Origin: an uncultured Candidatus Saccharibacteria bacterium
Lineage (GTDB): Bacteria > Patescibacteriota > Minisyncoccia > UBA6257 > 2-01-FULL-56-20
Assembly (NCBI GenBank): GCA_964456235.1
Contig: CAYWDX010000002.1
Span: 14,061 to 78,060, forward strand
Length of the DNA: 64,000 bases
Direction of reading: 5' to 3'
Within the stretch, counting starts at the first letter, position 1. The number at the start of each line of letters is the position of its first letter. Below are positions 9,684-19,596 of this stretch, one piece after another. Position numbers and translations under genes: made by a program. The notes beneath the pieces are model-generated. The model did not search any database. It was not told the origin of the DNA and saw nothing but the letters and a program-made list of their open reading frames with translations.

Positions 9684-10298
9684 ATGCGAAGAAAATTATT
9701 GTTATCCGTAACGTTTCCGGCGACTGCGTTCGCCCTTTTATTGTTCCGTCCACTCGTGACCATTTCTCTCGCACCTCTCGCGTCGGCGCCGGCTCCGGTC
9801 GCGGCAAGTATCTCGACGATTGCATCACTTGGGTCAATTACGCAGACCGCGCACGCTGCGGAGCCGCTTGGTGATCCCGCCCGGATTTCGATACCAAGCA
9901 TTTTTTTGGATGATCCAGTTCAACCCCTCGGTTTAAATGCAAAAGGTGAGATGGATGTGCCAAGCAGCGGCACAAAAAATGTTGGATGGTATGAATATGG
10001 GACGATACCGGGCGACATCGGGAGCGCGGTGTTTGATGCGCACGTTTTTGCGGCATTCAGCAAGTTGAATCAGGTAAAAGTGGGGGACGATATTTATGTG
10101 ATGGATGGAAACGGTGCGCAATCGCACTTTAGAGTTTACGAAACGGATATCTACACGCTCGCGAGCGTTCCCCTCAAGCGATTATTCAACGATGCAAGCG
10201 GTCGCTATCTCAATTTGATCACCTGCGCCGGTCAACTGACAGCGGATCATGCCACGTACGATCACCGGCTGGTGGTATACGCCGAGCTTGTAAAATAA
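9684..10298 (+). CDS. Sortase family transpeptidase (class-F-like)
   Basis: N-terminal TM, catalytic His region, and the conserved TLITC-type motif LNLITCAG. Confidence 0.8.
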   Translation: MRRKLLLSVTFPATAFALLLFRPLVTISLAPLASAPAPVAASISTIASLGSITQTAHAAEPLGDPARISIPSIFLDDPVQPLGLNAKGEMDVPSSGTKNVGWYEYGTIPGDIGSAVFDAHVFAAFSKLNQVKVGDDIYVMDGNGAQSHFRVYETDIYTLASVPLKRLFNDASGRYLNLITCAGQLTADHATYDHRLVVYAELVK

Positions 10299-10325
10299 AA
10301 TTAGGCCGCGCCGCGGCGGCAGCGG

Positions 10326-10949
10326 CTATTCTACCCGCGTCGTGAAAACGACCAGCCGCTTGTCGTATTGATGCTGGGCCTCGATCCAGGTTCCCGTGCA
10401 CGTGATTAAGTTTAAGTGGCTTGTGCTCGAGCTATTAAGAGCGCCATTAAGAAAAATGTCATTCGTCGGCGCATTATACGCTTTTATCGTTGTGGTGGTT
10501 ACCACAAAACGCACCGTTCGTTGCTGAACATCGAGAACATCAACTTCATCGCCGGGCTTCAGCTGATCAAGATAAAAAAATACGGCATACGGTGACGTGA
10601 CTTGATCAAGATGGCCCTCAATCACCGCGGTGCCAAGCGCGCCGGGCACCGGCCCATTTTTATACCAGCCGACCGTGAAAAAACTGCGGGTGACGGCCAT
10701 AAGTCCGTCGCGCGCAATGCCAACCGGCTCTATCACTGCATCTACTTTAATAGAGGGGATCATGAGGCGGGCTGGACTGGCATTTTCTTCGAAAGAATAT
10801 GTGGCGGTGGTGGAGGTCGGAATGGAACTCGCACGAGAACTCGTGACGTTGCTTGCCGCCGCCGCGTCGCGGTTCGTGGCTTGCGAAGCCCATCGTACAA
10901 GAGCCACGGCCGCGGCAAGAACGACCACTAACAAAAATGCTCTTTTCAT
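10326..10949 (-). CDS. Sortase family transpeptidase (class-F-like), paralog. Convergent with the previous gene.
   Basis: N-terminal TM (MKRAFLLVVVLAAAVAL) and the LNLITCTG active-site motif. Confidence 0.8.
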   Translation of the reverse strand: MKRAFLLVVVLAAAVALVRWASQATNRDAAAASNVTSSRASSIPTSTTATYSFEENASPARLMIPSIKVDAVIEPVGIARDGLMAVTRSFFTVGWYKNGPVPGALGTAVIEGHLDQVTSPYAVFFYLDQLKPGDEVDVLDVQQRTVRFVVTTTTIKAYNAPTNDIFLNGALNSSSTSHLNLITCTGTWIEAQHQYDKRLVVFTTRVE

Positions 10950-11018
10950 CTCGCTTTCAGCATCGCGACCCACAGATGAACCGGGCATGAAATGCATCGA
11001 ATATGCTACTCTAATATT

Positions 11019-11462
11019 ATGGTTACCGTGCCTATAAATTACTGGGCAGTGCTCGCCGCGGCCGTGGCTCAAATCGTGCTCGGTTCGCTATGGTATGGCC
11101 CGCTTTTTGGCAAGTCATGGGCAGGCCTCATAGGATGGACGCCCGAAGCCATGGAGACGATGAAGCGCGACCCGAAAGGAAAAGCGAAAATGATGCGCGG
11201 TTACATTTTTATGGCCGTCGGTGCATTCCTGATGGCATGGATTTTGGACCACGCAATCATTTTTGCAAGCGCCTATCTTTTGATAACGGGCGTCGCGGCC
11301 GGACTCGCCGTCGGATTTTTGAATTGGCTTGGATTCATCGCGCCGATTTTATTGAGCAGCGTGCTCTGGGAAGGGAAGCCCTGGAAGTTGTGGTTCATTA
11401 ACGCGAGCTACTATCTCGTTGGACTCCTCGTTATGGGGACGATCCTCTCTCTGTGGCGTTAG
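11019..11462 (+). CDS. DUF1761-like integral membrane protein
   Basis: Four TM helices. The N-terminal pattern INYWAVLAAAVAQIVLGSLWYGPLFG resembles DUF1761. Confidence 0.5.
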   Translation: MVTVPINYWAVLAAAVAQIVLGSLWYGPLFGKSWAGLIGWTPEAMETMKRDPKGKAKMMRGYIFMAVGAFLMAWILDHAIIFASAYLLITGVAAGLAVGFLNWLGFIAPILLSSVLWEGKPWKLWFINASYYLVGLLVMGTILSLWR

Positions 11463-11947
11463 AAAGATTTACTCGACAAGAGGAGAATCGAATCCGAATA
11501 TATTTTCGCGTCAGCGTTTTCCTGAAGGGCGCATTTTCGGCTGTTGAATCCTTGGGCGGCGTCCTCGCGTTCTTTGTGCCACTCTCGTATTTCACAGATT
11601 TTGTCGCTCGGTATGCGCAGGGAGAGCTCGCGGAGGATCCTGGAGATTATTTGGCAACCCACCTGCTGCATTTCGCTCATCAGTTCTCAATTACGAGCAG
11701 CGTCTTTATCGGAATTTATCTCTTGAGCCGAGGGTTGATCAAGTTGGGTTTGGTCATAGCGCTACTCAAGAATAAATTGTGGGCTTACCCCAGCTCCCTC
11801 GCGCTTCTCACGCTCTTTGTGTTGTACCAGATATATCAGATTACGGTGAGCTACTCGACGTTCATCACCCTGCTCACGCTGTTCGATTTAGTCGTCATGT
11901 GGTCGATCTGGAAGGAATACGAGGTATTGCGTTCCAGCCGGGGTTAA
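11453..11947 (+). CDS. DUF2127-like integral membrane protein
   Basis: Four TM helices. The N-terminal amphipathic region is followed by LKGAFSAVESLGGVLAFFV. Confidence 0.5.
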   Translation: MALERFTRQEENRIRIYFRVSVFLKGAFSAVESLGGVLAFFVPLSYFTDFVARYAQGELAEDPGDYLATHLLHFAHQFSITSSVFIGIYLLSRGLIKLGLVIALLKNKLWAYPSSLALLTLFVLYQIYQITVSYSTFITLLTLFDLVVMWSIWKEYEVLRSSRG

Positions 11948-12002
11948 ATTATTGCGCCATCATATAAGGCCACGGGAATTAATAAAAAACAACGCCGCCC
12001 TA

Positions 12003-12575
12003 TTACGAGGCGGCGAAGGAACTGCGTCTGAAATATTTCTGTGCACCAAGGCCGAGGATCAGCAGGCACAGGAGCGCGGCTCCGCTCGGGTAAAAGCGGT
12101 CGCGCACAGCCCACTCTTTCCCGCCGAGAACCGTGAAGGCATTCGCGAGGAAGAACCCGACATAACTACTCATCGGAACTTCGTGCGGCTTCTGGTAGCA
12201 GTCGACGAGGAGGGGAATGGTCGCAATCCCTATCGCGGTAGTGCTCGCGATCGTTGCGACATAGGGTCCGGAGTGCACCCAGATGATCATACAGATCACG
12301 GCGAGGAGCGTGACCGTGGTTTCAAACCATTTCCACGTCCTCTCGCAGCATCGCCAGATGCACAGGGCCGTAACTCCGCTGCCGACCGTATAGATGACCG
12401 GCAGCCAGAAGCTGCCATGTTGGAAAGCGATGCTCGCAGCGACGATGCCGTCGAGCGTTGCCCAGAGGATCCACGTGGCAAAGTTTTGCTTCACGTTGCC
12501 CCGGAGGATCTCGCGGCACAGTGGTGGATACATCAGGATACCGATCAGGTTTCCCAGAAATCCAAACCAGTTCAC
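12003..12575 (-). CDS. Hypothetical integral membrane protein
   Basis: At least five predicted TM helices. A hairpin terminator overlaps the stop codon. Confidence 0.5.
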   Translation of the reverse strand: MNWFGFLGNLIGILMYPPLCREILRGNVKQNFATWILWATLDGIVAASIAFQHGSFWLPVIYTVGSGVTALCIWRCCERTWKWFETTVTLLAVICMIIWVHSGPYVATIASTTAIGIATIPLLVDCYQKPHEVPMSSYVGFFLANAFTVLGGKEWAVRDRFYPSGAALLCLLILGLGAQKYFRRSSFAAS

Positions 12576-12657
12576 GCGAACACCCCTTTCAGTAGAAATT
12601 TCAGAACGTTAGGATCTGGAGATGTGATAACTTATTGCCACTATTTTGTCAAGCTAA

Positions 12658-13275
12658 TTATTTGATTACCAGCAATATCGCTGCCAAAGCTGCCATGCCG
12701 AAATCTTCGACAATCGTAATTTTTGTAAGAGGCACCTTAAGAAAAGTGCCGAGACATACACACTGGAATTCCTCATGCTTTGCGAGTTGAATAGCGACCC
12801 CCGCGCCGCTCAATACCATAATGATGATTTCCGCCCAGAGGAGTTGGGGATTTTGATAATTGATTATCATCGCAATGCCAAAGAAAAGTTCTATGAAAGG
12901 GTATACGTATCCATAGAAGAACACTTTCTTTGCGAGGATGTCGTATGTTGAATATCCGGCGGCGAATCCCTTGAGATCCATGATCTTGAATGCGGAGAAT
13001 ATCAGAAAAAATCCAGCCATAAAGTAACCAATCAGGTGATCTAGAAAAACAGGACCAAACCCATATTGAATAGTTGAGATGATAATGCTTGCGAGTAAAA
13101 TGGAGCCGATGATTGCAATGAGCGGTAGATAGTTCTTCCACGTCAAAGAACCAAGGCCCCTGTCGTCAGAATGGGTGGTTTTTGTTCCCGCGAGAACAAG
13201 CGCCATGCCGCACTTTGGGCAGCGGCCCGGCTCATCGCGAACTATATCGGGATGCATGGGGCAGGTGTATTGCAT
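12658..13275 (-). CDS. Heavy-metal-binding (YTCPMHP / CxxC) domain fused to a MauE/DoxX-like 4-TM membrane protein
   Basis: N-terminal YTCPMHPDI...PGRCPKCGM metal-binding motif, then four TM helices. Confidence 0.55.
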   Translation of the reverse strand: MQYTCPMHPDIVRDEPGRCPKCGMALVLAGTKTTHSDDRGLGSLTWKNYLPLIAIIGSILLASIIISTIQYGFGPVFLDHLIGYFMAGFFLIFSAFKIMDLKGFAAGYSTYDILAKKVFFYGYVYPFIELFFGIAMIINYQNPQLLWAEIIIMVLSGAGVAIQLAKHEEFQCVCLGTFLKVPLTKITIVEDFGMAALAAILLVIK

Positions 13276-13529
13276 GGCTTAATAATACGTCATTTTAAAT
13301 CTAAGTTCTTATCCTGGAGCCACCCATCCTTACAGTCTGGGTTGGGTACACTACCCGGCGAGGCTCTTTGGTCTCTCAAGACTGTACTCTCCGGTCTAGT
13401 ACCGCCACCGTTCAAGCCCTGTAAGCGTTCTTAGGGGGTCGTTGGAGGGGAGAATTGACCCGTCTCGGTCATGGGGATTTAAAAGTCTTCGTTTGACTGA
13501 TTAATTGAGATGGTATTGAATTACTCTAC

Positions 13530-14126
13530 ATGGCAAAAAATAGTAGTGAATCAAATCTTGAAAAGAAGCTCGCTGCAATAAAAGTTATTGCGAAGGAGCT
13601 TGAGGAACTCAATGAAGAAGATCGTGCAGACGTTCTCTCTTTTGTCTTAAAGCAAGTGAAAATTGATGGTCCAATATTGAATGGAGATCATCCACTCCTA
13701 ACTCCGCAGCCAAATTTCCCAATCGTTTCTGGCGGGAACGATACGACTATAAGCGAATCAATGGATGAATTTGTGAGCAAGAAAAAACCCGCTGACCTCT
13801 ATCAACGCGTCACAGTCATCGCCTTCTATTTGAAATTTAAGGAAGGTAAAGACGAATTTAAAAATGCTGAAATGGACAAAATAAATACTGCCCAGGCGCG
13901 ACAACCAAAAATTGGGAATATTGCTGACGTCATTGCTAAAGCTCAAAATCGTTATAGATTTTTGACAAGAGGTATTTCACCTGCGACTCATCAGCTTAGC
14001 ATTCTAGGAGAAGAAATAGTTAGCGCATTGCCTAATCAAGATGAGGTAAAAAGAATTATCAAAGAGGGTAAACCTCAGCGGAAGAGGCGAAAACCGATAA
14101 AGAAAGCCAAAGCAGCTACTGACTAA
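13530..14126 (+). CDS. Hypothetical protein in a low-GC islet, with a Lys/Arg-rich C-terminal tail
   Basis: GC content is far below the window average. The ORF is 198 aa with a basic tail (KPQRKRRKPIKKAK). Confidence 0.5.
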   Translation: MAKNSSESNLEKKLAAIKVIAKELEELNEEDRADVLSFVLKQVKIDGPILNGDHPLLTPQPNFPIVSGGNDTTISESMDEFVSKKKPADLYQRVTVIAFYLKFKEGKDEFKNAEMDKINTAQARQPKIGNIADVIAKAQNRYRFLTRGISPATHQLSILGEEIVSALPNQDEVKRIIKEGKPQRKRRKPIKKAKAATD

Positions 14127-14134
14127 TTTTAAGG

Positions 14135-14662
14135 TTGCTTTTTCACGATGGAGCGATGTCGAATAAAATTTTAGATCGAAGCAAGTGGCCTAGTATTAAA
14201 AACGCGAGTTTTCTAAATGTTTTAGATGCAGTTGCAGACCGCTCTTACAAACGAAAGACAACCGAAGGTTATTTAGCGGCTCTGTTGATTTACCAGCAGT
14301 TGGTAGAGGAAATTGTTCGGATGCTCATCTGGAATTCTGAATTTTTGGTCGAATGTCGAATTTATCCATTTCAGATAAATTTTAGGAAACATGACGAAAA
14401 AATGTTTAGAGAATTGATGCGTGATCTGATGGTTTGCGTTAATTTTCCGCAAAAACAGAAATTGCTTTTTTATTGCCAAAAACTGAATAAAATAAGAAAT
14501 TTGGGTGTTCACAAAATTACGCAACAAAAAAATCTTGCTGAAATACGTAAAACGGTTAAAGATGCGAGGATTATTTATTCTGATATATATAACTTGTTCA
14601 TTCCCGCTCGTGATTATTTTCGTGTCATCTTCGGTCAACTTGAAAAAGAGAATCAAAGATAG
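14135..14662 (+). CDS. Hypothetical protein with an RNx3H (Rx4H HEPN-like) motif, in a low-GC islet
   Basis: All-helical composition. RNLGVHKITQ lies near the C-terminal third. The start may be at the internal Met (about 14156). Confidence 0.45.
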   Translation: MLFHDGAMSNKILDRSKWPSIKNASFLNVLDAVADRSYKRKTTEGYLAALLIYQQLVEEIVRMLIWNSEFLVECRIYPFQINFRKHDEKMFRELMRDLMVCVNFPQKQKLLFYCQKLNKIRNLGVHKITQQKNLAEIRKTVKDARIIYSDIYNLFIPARDYFRVIFGQLEKENQR

Positions 14663-14735
14663 AATCGGAACTTCAGGATTATTCAGGAAGAGAATTGACA
14701 CTCCCCGGTCTTACTCGATACTGCGCTGACTGCTG

Positions 14736-14806
14736 CTGCCGGGCCTGGATTCGAACCAAGATACCCGCGTCCAGAGCGCGGAGTCCTACCATTAGACGAC
14801 CCGGCA
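14736..14806 (-). tRNA. tRNA-Gln (anticodon CUG)
   Basis: Hand-folded cloverleaf. Acceptor UGCCGGG/CCCGGCA, D-stem GUCU/GGAC, anticodon stem CCGCG/CGCGG with loop CUCUGGA, T-arm CUUGG-UUCGAAU-CCAGG, discriminator G. CCA is not encoded. Confidence 0.85.
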
Positions 14807-14891
14807 ATTCATGCGCGCTATGAGTCGCGCCGCGTTGTAAGGGCAGATTATGCCAGCAAAATGCGCTGCAGTCGTATGGTACAATGAAAAC

Positions 14892-16124
14892 ATGCGCGAT
14901 ATCAAATCGCTCGGGCCGCTCATTGAAGAGCAACTCAAGTTACCGGTTGACCAAATTTCCATAATTAAATTGGTCGACATGCTCGTCTCGTATGCCTATA
15001 GCACCCGCGCGTCCGACGTCCATATCGAACCGGCCGAGGACCGCGTGCGCATCCGCTACCGCGTGGATGGCCTACTCTACGATGCTTTCCCGGACACGCC
15101 CGTTCACCCCGATCTGCACCCAGAAATCATCAGCCGCATCAAGGTTTTATCGGGTTTGCGCACGGACGAACACTTGCTGCCGCAGGACGGCCGCTTTCGC
15201 GTAAAAATCGAGGACTTCGGCGACGTCGACGTGCGCGTTTCCATCATGCCAACCTATTACGACGAGAACGCAATCTTGCGCGTTCTCGCCGGCACGCAAA
15301 ATTTTGCTTTGAAAGACCTCGGCTTTTCCGAAATTGATCTCAAGAAAATCCAATCGGCCGTTTCGAAACCCTATGGGATGATTCTCGCGAACGGCCCAAC
15401 CGGTTCGGGGAAGACGACAACGCTTTACACTATATTAAAGCAGCTCAACCGGCCGGAAGTTTCTATTATCACCATTGAAGATCCGATTGAATACTCGTTG
15501 CCTGGCCCCACACAGATTCAGACGAACGCCGAAGTCGGTCTCACCTTTGCCGCCGGTTTGCGTTCCATTTTGCGCCAAGATCCGAACATCGTGATGGTCG
15601 GCGAAATCCGCGATGAAGAGACAGCATCGATTGCGGTGAATGCAGCGCTCACCGGCCACCTCGTACTCTCCACCCTTCACACGAACGACGCCGCGACCAC
15701 ATTCCCACGCCTCCTCGACATGGGCGTCCCGCCATTTCTCGTCGCCTCCACCGTGAACGTAGCCATCGGGCAGCGCCTCATGCGCAAGCTCTGCCAAACC
15801 TGCAAAGTCGAACGCGAACTCTCGATGGAAGAGCTCGGCAGTTTGATGGAGATCATTCCCGAGGTCAGCCAGAAAATGAAATTCTTTGCACCGAAAGGTT
15901 GCTCGGAGTGCAATAATACTGGCTACACGGATCGCTTCGGCATCCATGAGATCATCGAGGTGAATGACGAGATCCGCGAAATTGTGATGAAGCGCGGCAA
16001 TGCGCGCGAGATCAAAGCGGCCGCGATTCGGAACGGCATGACCACAATGATTCAAGACGCGCTTTCAAAAGCTTCGCAGGGATTCACGTCGGTGGAAGAA
16101 ATTCTACGCGTGATTCATGAGTAA
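14892..16124 (+). CDS. pilB: Type IV pilus assembly ATPase PilB/GspE family (short form without the N-terminal GSPII domain)
   Basis: Walker A GPTGSGKTTT, the Asp/His boxes, and a CxxC...CxxC tetracysteine motif. An extended -10 element TGgTACAAT lies just upstream. Confidence 0.9.
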   Translation: MRDIKSLGPLIEEQLKLPVDQISIIKLVDMLVSYAYSTRASDVHIEPAEDRVRIRYRVDGLLYDAFPDTPVHPDLHPEIISRIKVLSGLRTDEHLLPQDGRFRVKIEDFGDVDVRVSIMPTYYDENAILRVLAGTQNFALKDLGFSEIDLKKIQSAVSKPYGMILANGPTGSGKTTTLYTILKQLNRPEVSIITIEDPIEYSLPGPTQIQTNAEVGLTFAAGLRSILRQDPNIVMVGEIRDEETASIAVNAALTGHLVLSTLHTNDAATTFPRLLDMGVPPFLVASTVNVAIGQRLMRKLCQTCKVERELSMEELGSLMEIIPEVSQKMKFFAPKGCSECNNTGYTDRFGIHEIIEVNDEIREIVMKRGNAREIKAAAIRNGMTTMIQDALSKASQGFTSVEEILRVIHE

Positions 16125-17202
16125 CCAGAAGTCAGCCGGGCTGCTTTCTAAAATTTTTGACCGCATCACCGTCCAGGAGCGGATCAATTTCGCGCGCCAC
16201 CTCGCGCTCGTCATCAAGGCGGGCCTCCCGATTTATGAAGGTCTTAAGATTATCCAAACGCAAAGCACCTCAAAAGTTTTGAACAAGGTGGTTGGGGAAT
16301 TGATGGAGAGCGTGAATAGTGGAAAATTTTTGGCAGAAGGGTTGCAGCGGTATGAACACTTGTTCGGCCCGTTCTTCATCAATATTGTGCGCGTCGGCGA
16401 ATCGAGCGGGACGCTTTCAAAAAACCTTTTGTATCTTGCCGAGGAATTGAGGCGAGAAAAAGAATTAGAAACAAAAGTGCGTTCAGCGATGGTTTACCCG
16501 CTCGTGATTCTCGTTGCAACGCTTGGCGTCGCGGGGTTCCTTACCTTCTACGTGTTTCCCAAACTCGTCCCCGTTTTTGGCAGCCTGAACATTCAGCTGC
16601 CGGTCACGACGCGCATCCTCCTTGCGATTCTCGACTTCCTTCGCAACTACGGCTTCGGGGCGCTCGTTGGTGTGGCCGCGCTCGTCGTCGGCGTTCGGGT
16701 CCTCATAAAAAAAGTGGCGCCGGTGCGATACATTATCGATGAATCACTCGTCTTTATTCCGGTCGTTTCCGACCTTACGGTGAGCGTGAATATGGTGAAC
16801 TTCGCGCGCGTCCTCGGCCTGCTCTTGAAGAGCGGCGTAAAAATTGTCGAAGCGCTTGAGATTACGAAAAATACGTTCGGCAATTTGGTGTACCAACGCA
16901 TCTTGCATCTGGCAGGCGACACCATGAAGCAAGGAGGCGAACTCGGCAGCTATTTGATGCAAAAAAAACGCTACTTCCCGCCGCTCGTTTCGGGCATGGT
17001 GCGCATCGGCGAGAGCACGGGCAACCTCGAAGAAAACCTAGAATATCTTTCCGAATATTATGACGACGAAGTCGATACGAAGCTTCACTCGCTCACGTCG
17101 CTTATCGAGCCGCTCATGCTCCTCGTGATGGGCTTGCTGGTAGGATTCGTCGCCCTCTCTATTATTACGCCGATCTATTCCATTTCGCAGGGCATCCACT
17201 AA
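16117..17202 (+). CDS. pilC: Type IV pilus inner-membrane platform protein PilC/GspF
   Basis: Two GspF repeats, three TM segments, and an 8 nt overlap with pilB. Confidence 0.9.
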   Translation: MSNQKSAGLLSKIFDRITVQERINFARHLALVIKAGLPIYEGLKIIQTQSTSKVLNKVVGELMESVNSGKFLAEGLQRYEHLFGPFFINIVRVGESSGTLSKNLLYLAEELRREKELETKVRSAMVYPLVILVATLGVAGFLTFYVFPKLVPVFGSLNIQLPVTTRILLAILDFLRNYGFGALVGVAALVVGVRVLIKKVAPVRYIIDESLVFIPVVSDLTVSVNMVNFARVLGLLLKSGVKIVEALEITKNTFGNLVYQRILHLAGDTMKQGGELGSYLMQKKRYFPPLVSGMVRIGESTGNLEENLEYLSEYYDDEVDTKLHSLTSLIEPLMLLVMGLLVGFVALSIITPIYSISQGIH

Positions 17203-18962
17203 TGAACGGATCGCGGCGCGGCACGAGCTTAATAGACCTGATGCTTTCGATCGCGATCATCGCCGTGCTTTTTGGTGGCATTTATCTTGTTTATTTTTCA
17301 CTCTTGACCGCGATTGGAAATATCAGCGTGCGGACGGCGGCGGCCTCTGCCATGCAGGCCGAGATCGAAATGATCCGCAACCTGCCCTATACGAGCGTAG
17401 GTACGGTGGGCGGCGTACCTGCCGGAGTTATTCCTCAAACACAGGCGGTTGTTTTCGGGAAATATACATTTAATCTTCAGACCACAATTAGGAATATTGA
17501 CGATCCCTTGGATGGCACTGTGAGCGGTTCGCCGTCGCCGGTAGATACTGCGCCTGCCGACTATAAACTTGTTGCCATCCAGACGACCTGCCCGCTGTGT
17601 TCAGATTTTGTTTCGGTTGAAGTTACAACGACCATCGCACCAAAAAATTTGGAAAGTGCGCCGACGAACGGATCGCTCTTTTTATATGCAATCAACGCCA
17701 ACGGGGATCCCGTTCCTGACGCGACCATACACGTGGTAAACGCATCCGTTACGCCCTCGATCGATTTAGTCGACACGACGAACATGAGCGGAGTCTTGCA
17801 GTTGGTAGGTGTGCCAACAAGCACCTTGCGATACCACATCACGGCAACAAAGGCAGGTTATTCAACTGACCAGACCTACGCGCCGGGTGCAGCTTCAAAC
17901 CCGAATCCGGTTAAGCCCGACGCAACGGTCGTCGCGCAAGGCCTCACGAGCGTTACCTTCGCGATCGATCAACTTGCCAATCTGACGATAAATGCGTCAG
18001 ATAATCGATGTGTGGCGACGAGCAGCGTGCCATTCACCCTCCGGGGTGCAAAATTGATTGGCACGAACCCAAGCACCTTTAAGGTGTCGATGAATGGCAC
18101 GACGAACGCGCAAGGATCGTTCACGACGTCGTCACTTGAATGGGACGCCTATACAATCGGCCTTGGAACGAGCAGTCGCATTCTTGCAGGGACGATTCCA
18201 CTCAATCCGCTCGTTGTGGATCCAGCGTCGAGTTCGACCTTCAAACTCATCGTCCAGTCGGGAGCTACCCCCTCGCTCCTCGTCATCTTGCGAGATTGGT
18301 CAACCGGCGCATCGATTTCGAATGCGAGCGTGACGATTACGAGGAATGGTGCTTCGCAAACGGCTACGACGGGCCATGCGTTTGTTTCAGATACTGCATG
18401 GAGCGGTGGCCAATATTCTTCGAAGAGTGCAGGATTGAGCGCGAACGGACAACTTACATTATTCACGAATGCTTCGGGCACGTATGACATCAATACCAAC
18501 GATTGGTTTATCTCGCAGACGATCGACCTCGGCGGTTCCCATGAAACGCTCTACGGCATCAACTGGAATCCTACGTCGCAACCCGCTGGCGCAAGTGTTT
18601 CTTTCCAGCTCGCAGCAAATAATGATAATGCGACGTGGAATTTTATCGGGCCAGATGGCACCGCAGCAACGTATCTCACGAGCTCGACGCAAACCATGCC
18701 GGCCGCGCTCTCGGGAAAGCGTTATCTTCGCTATCAAGTGTATTTGAATACGACCGATGGGACGGTAGCGCCAACGCTCGACGACGTAACGTTTGAATTT
18801 AATGCTGATTGCGTGCCGCCGGCGCAGGCGTTGTTTACGGGCCTGGTGCAAAACGGAACGTACGCTATTGATGTATCGGCGCCGGGCTATGCTTCGGCGA
18901 CCAGCAGTAAAACGGTTGGTTCTGACGCGACCTCGACAGACCTCTACTTAATACATTCTTAA
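17202..18962 (+). CDS. Large pseudopilin-like protein (586 aa) with an N-terminal prepilin-type TM helix
   Basis: RRGTSLIDLMLSIAIIAVL class-III-signal-like N-terminus. Long Thr/Ser/Asn-rich beta-rich extracellular region. Confidence 0.6.
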   Translation: MNGSRRGTSLIDLMLSIAIIAVLFGGIYLVYFSLLTAIGNISVRTAAASAMQAEIEMIRNLPYTSVGTVGGVPAGVIPQTQAVVFGKYTFNLQTTIRNIDDPLDGTVSGSPSPVDTAPADYKLVAIQTTCPLCSDFVSVEVTTTIAPKNLESAPTNGSLFLYAINANGDPVPDATIHVVNASVTPSIDLVDTTNMSGVLQLVGVPTSTLRYHITATKAGYSTDQTYAPGAASNPNPVKPDATVVAQGLTSVTFAIDQLANLTINASDNRCVATSSVPFTLRGAKLIGTNPSTFKVSMNGTTNAQGSFTTSSLEWDAYTIGLGTSSRILAGTIPLNPLVVDPASSSTFKLIVQSGATPSLLVILRDWSTGASISNASVTITRNGASQTATTGHAFVSDTAWSGGQYSSKSAGLSANGQLTLFTNASGTYDINTNDWFISQTIDLGGSHETLYGINWNPTSQPAGASVSFQLAANNDNATWNFIGPDGTAATYLTSSTQTMPAALSGKRYLRYQVYLNTTDGTVAPTLDDVTFEFNADCVPPAQALFTGLVQNGTYAIDVSAPGYASATSSKTVGSDATSTDLYLIHS

Positions 18963-18967
18963 TAACT

Positions 18968-19579
18968 ATGCGAAGCGCAAATAGTAAAAAGGGATTTTCT
19001 CTGATCGAAATACTCATCGTGGTCGCGGTGGCGACTTCTATTGTGCTTGTGGTGAGCAAGCTTGGTTCGAATACGTCGGTTTTAAATACGCTCGTCAGTC
19101 GTGAGCTGCAATCGAAAGCTGATATCGAGCAGACACTGCAGATCGTGACCACGGAAATCCGTTCAGCAAGTCCATCCGCGTCGGGTGCGTTTCCCTTAAT
19201 TTCGGCTGCGACGAGTTCATTCTCCTTTTATTCGAACGGTGGCAATAATGGCGTTGCGAAAAGGGTCCACTACTACCTTGCTACGTCGACCATCTATCGT
19301 GGCGTAGTCCAACCAACGGGGACACCGGCGACGTACCCAACCTCGAGTGAAATCCTTACCGCGCTCATAAGCGGCGTAGTTGTACCGACCTCATCACCGC
19401 TTTTTACCTATTACGATACGGAATATACCGGCACGCAAGCGGCTATGACTTCCACCGCCGACGTGACGGCGATACGGCTCGTGAAGATCAGTTTCTCGGC
19501 GACCGTACAGCCTGCCCAGTCGCCGGCGCCGGAATATTTTTCCCGCTTTGCGGATATAAGAAATTTACGGAGCAACTAA
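18968..19579 (+). CDS. Type IV pilin-like protein (minor pilin or pseudopilin)
   Basis: Canonical prepilin N-terminus KKGFSLIEILIVVAV (G-F-x-x-x-E). Confidence 0.7.
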   Translation: MRSANSKKGFSLIEILIVVAVATSIVLVVSKLGSNTSVLNTLVSRELQSKADIEQTLQIVTTEIRSASPSASGAFPLISAATSSFSFYSNGGNNGVAKRVHYYLATSTIYRGVVQPTGTPATYPTSSEILTALISGVVVPTSSPLFTYYDTEYTGTQAAMTSTADVTAIRLVKISFSATVQPAQSPAPEYFSRFADIRNLRSN

Positions 19580-19596
19580 CGGAAAACGCTTCCTCT

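Noticed and set aside
10602-11037. Plus-strand ORFs overlapping the second sortase gene
   Set aside because: They are antisense to a motif-supported sortase CDS.
13530-14700. Prophage or integrative element call for the low-GC islet
   Set aside because: No integrase, recombinase, or flanking direct repeats were found. It is reported as a compositionally foreign islet only.
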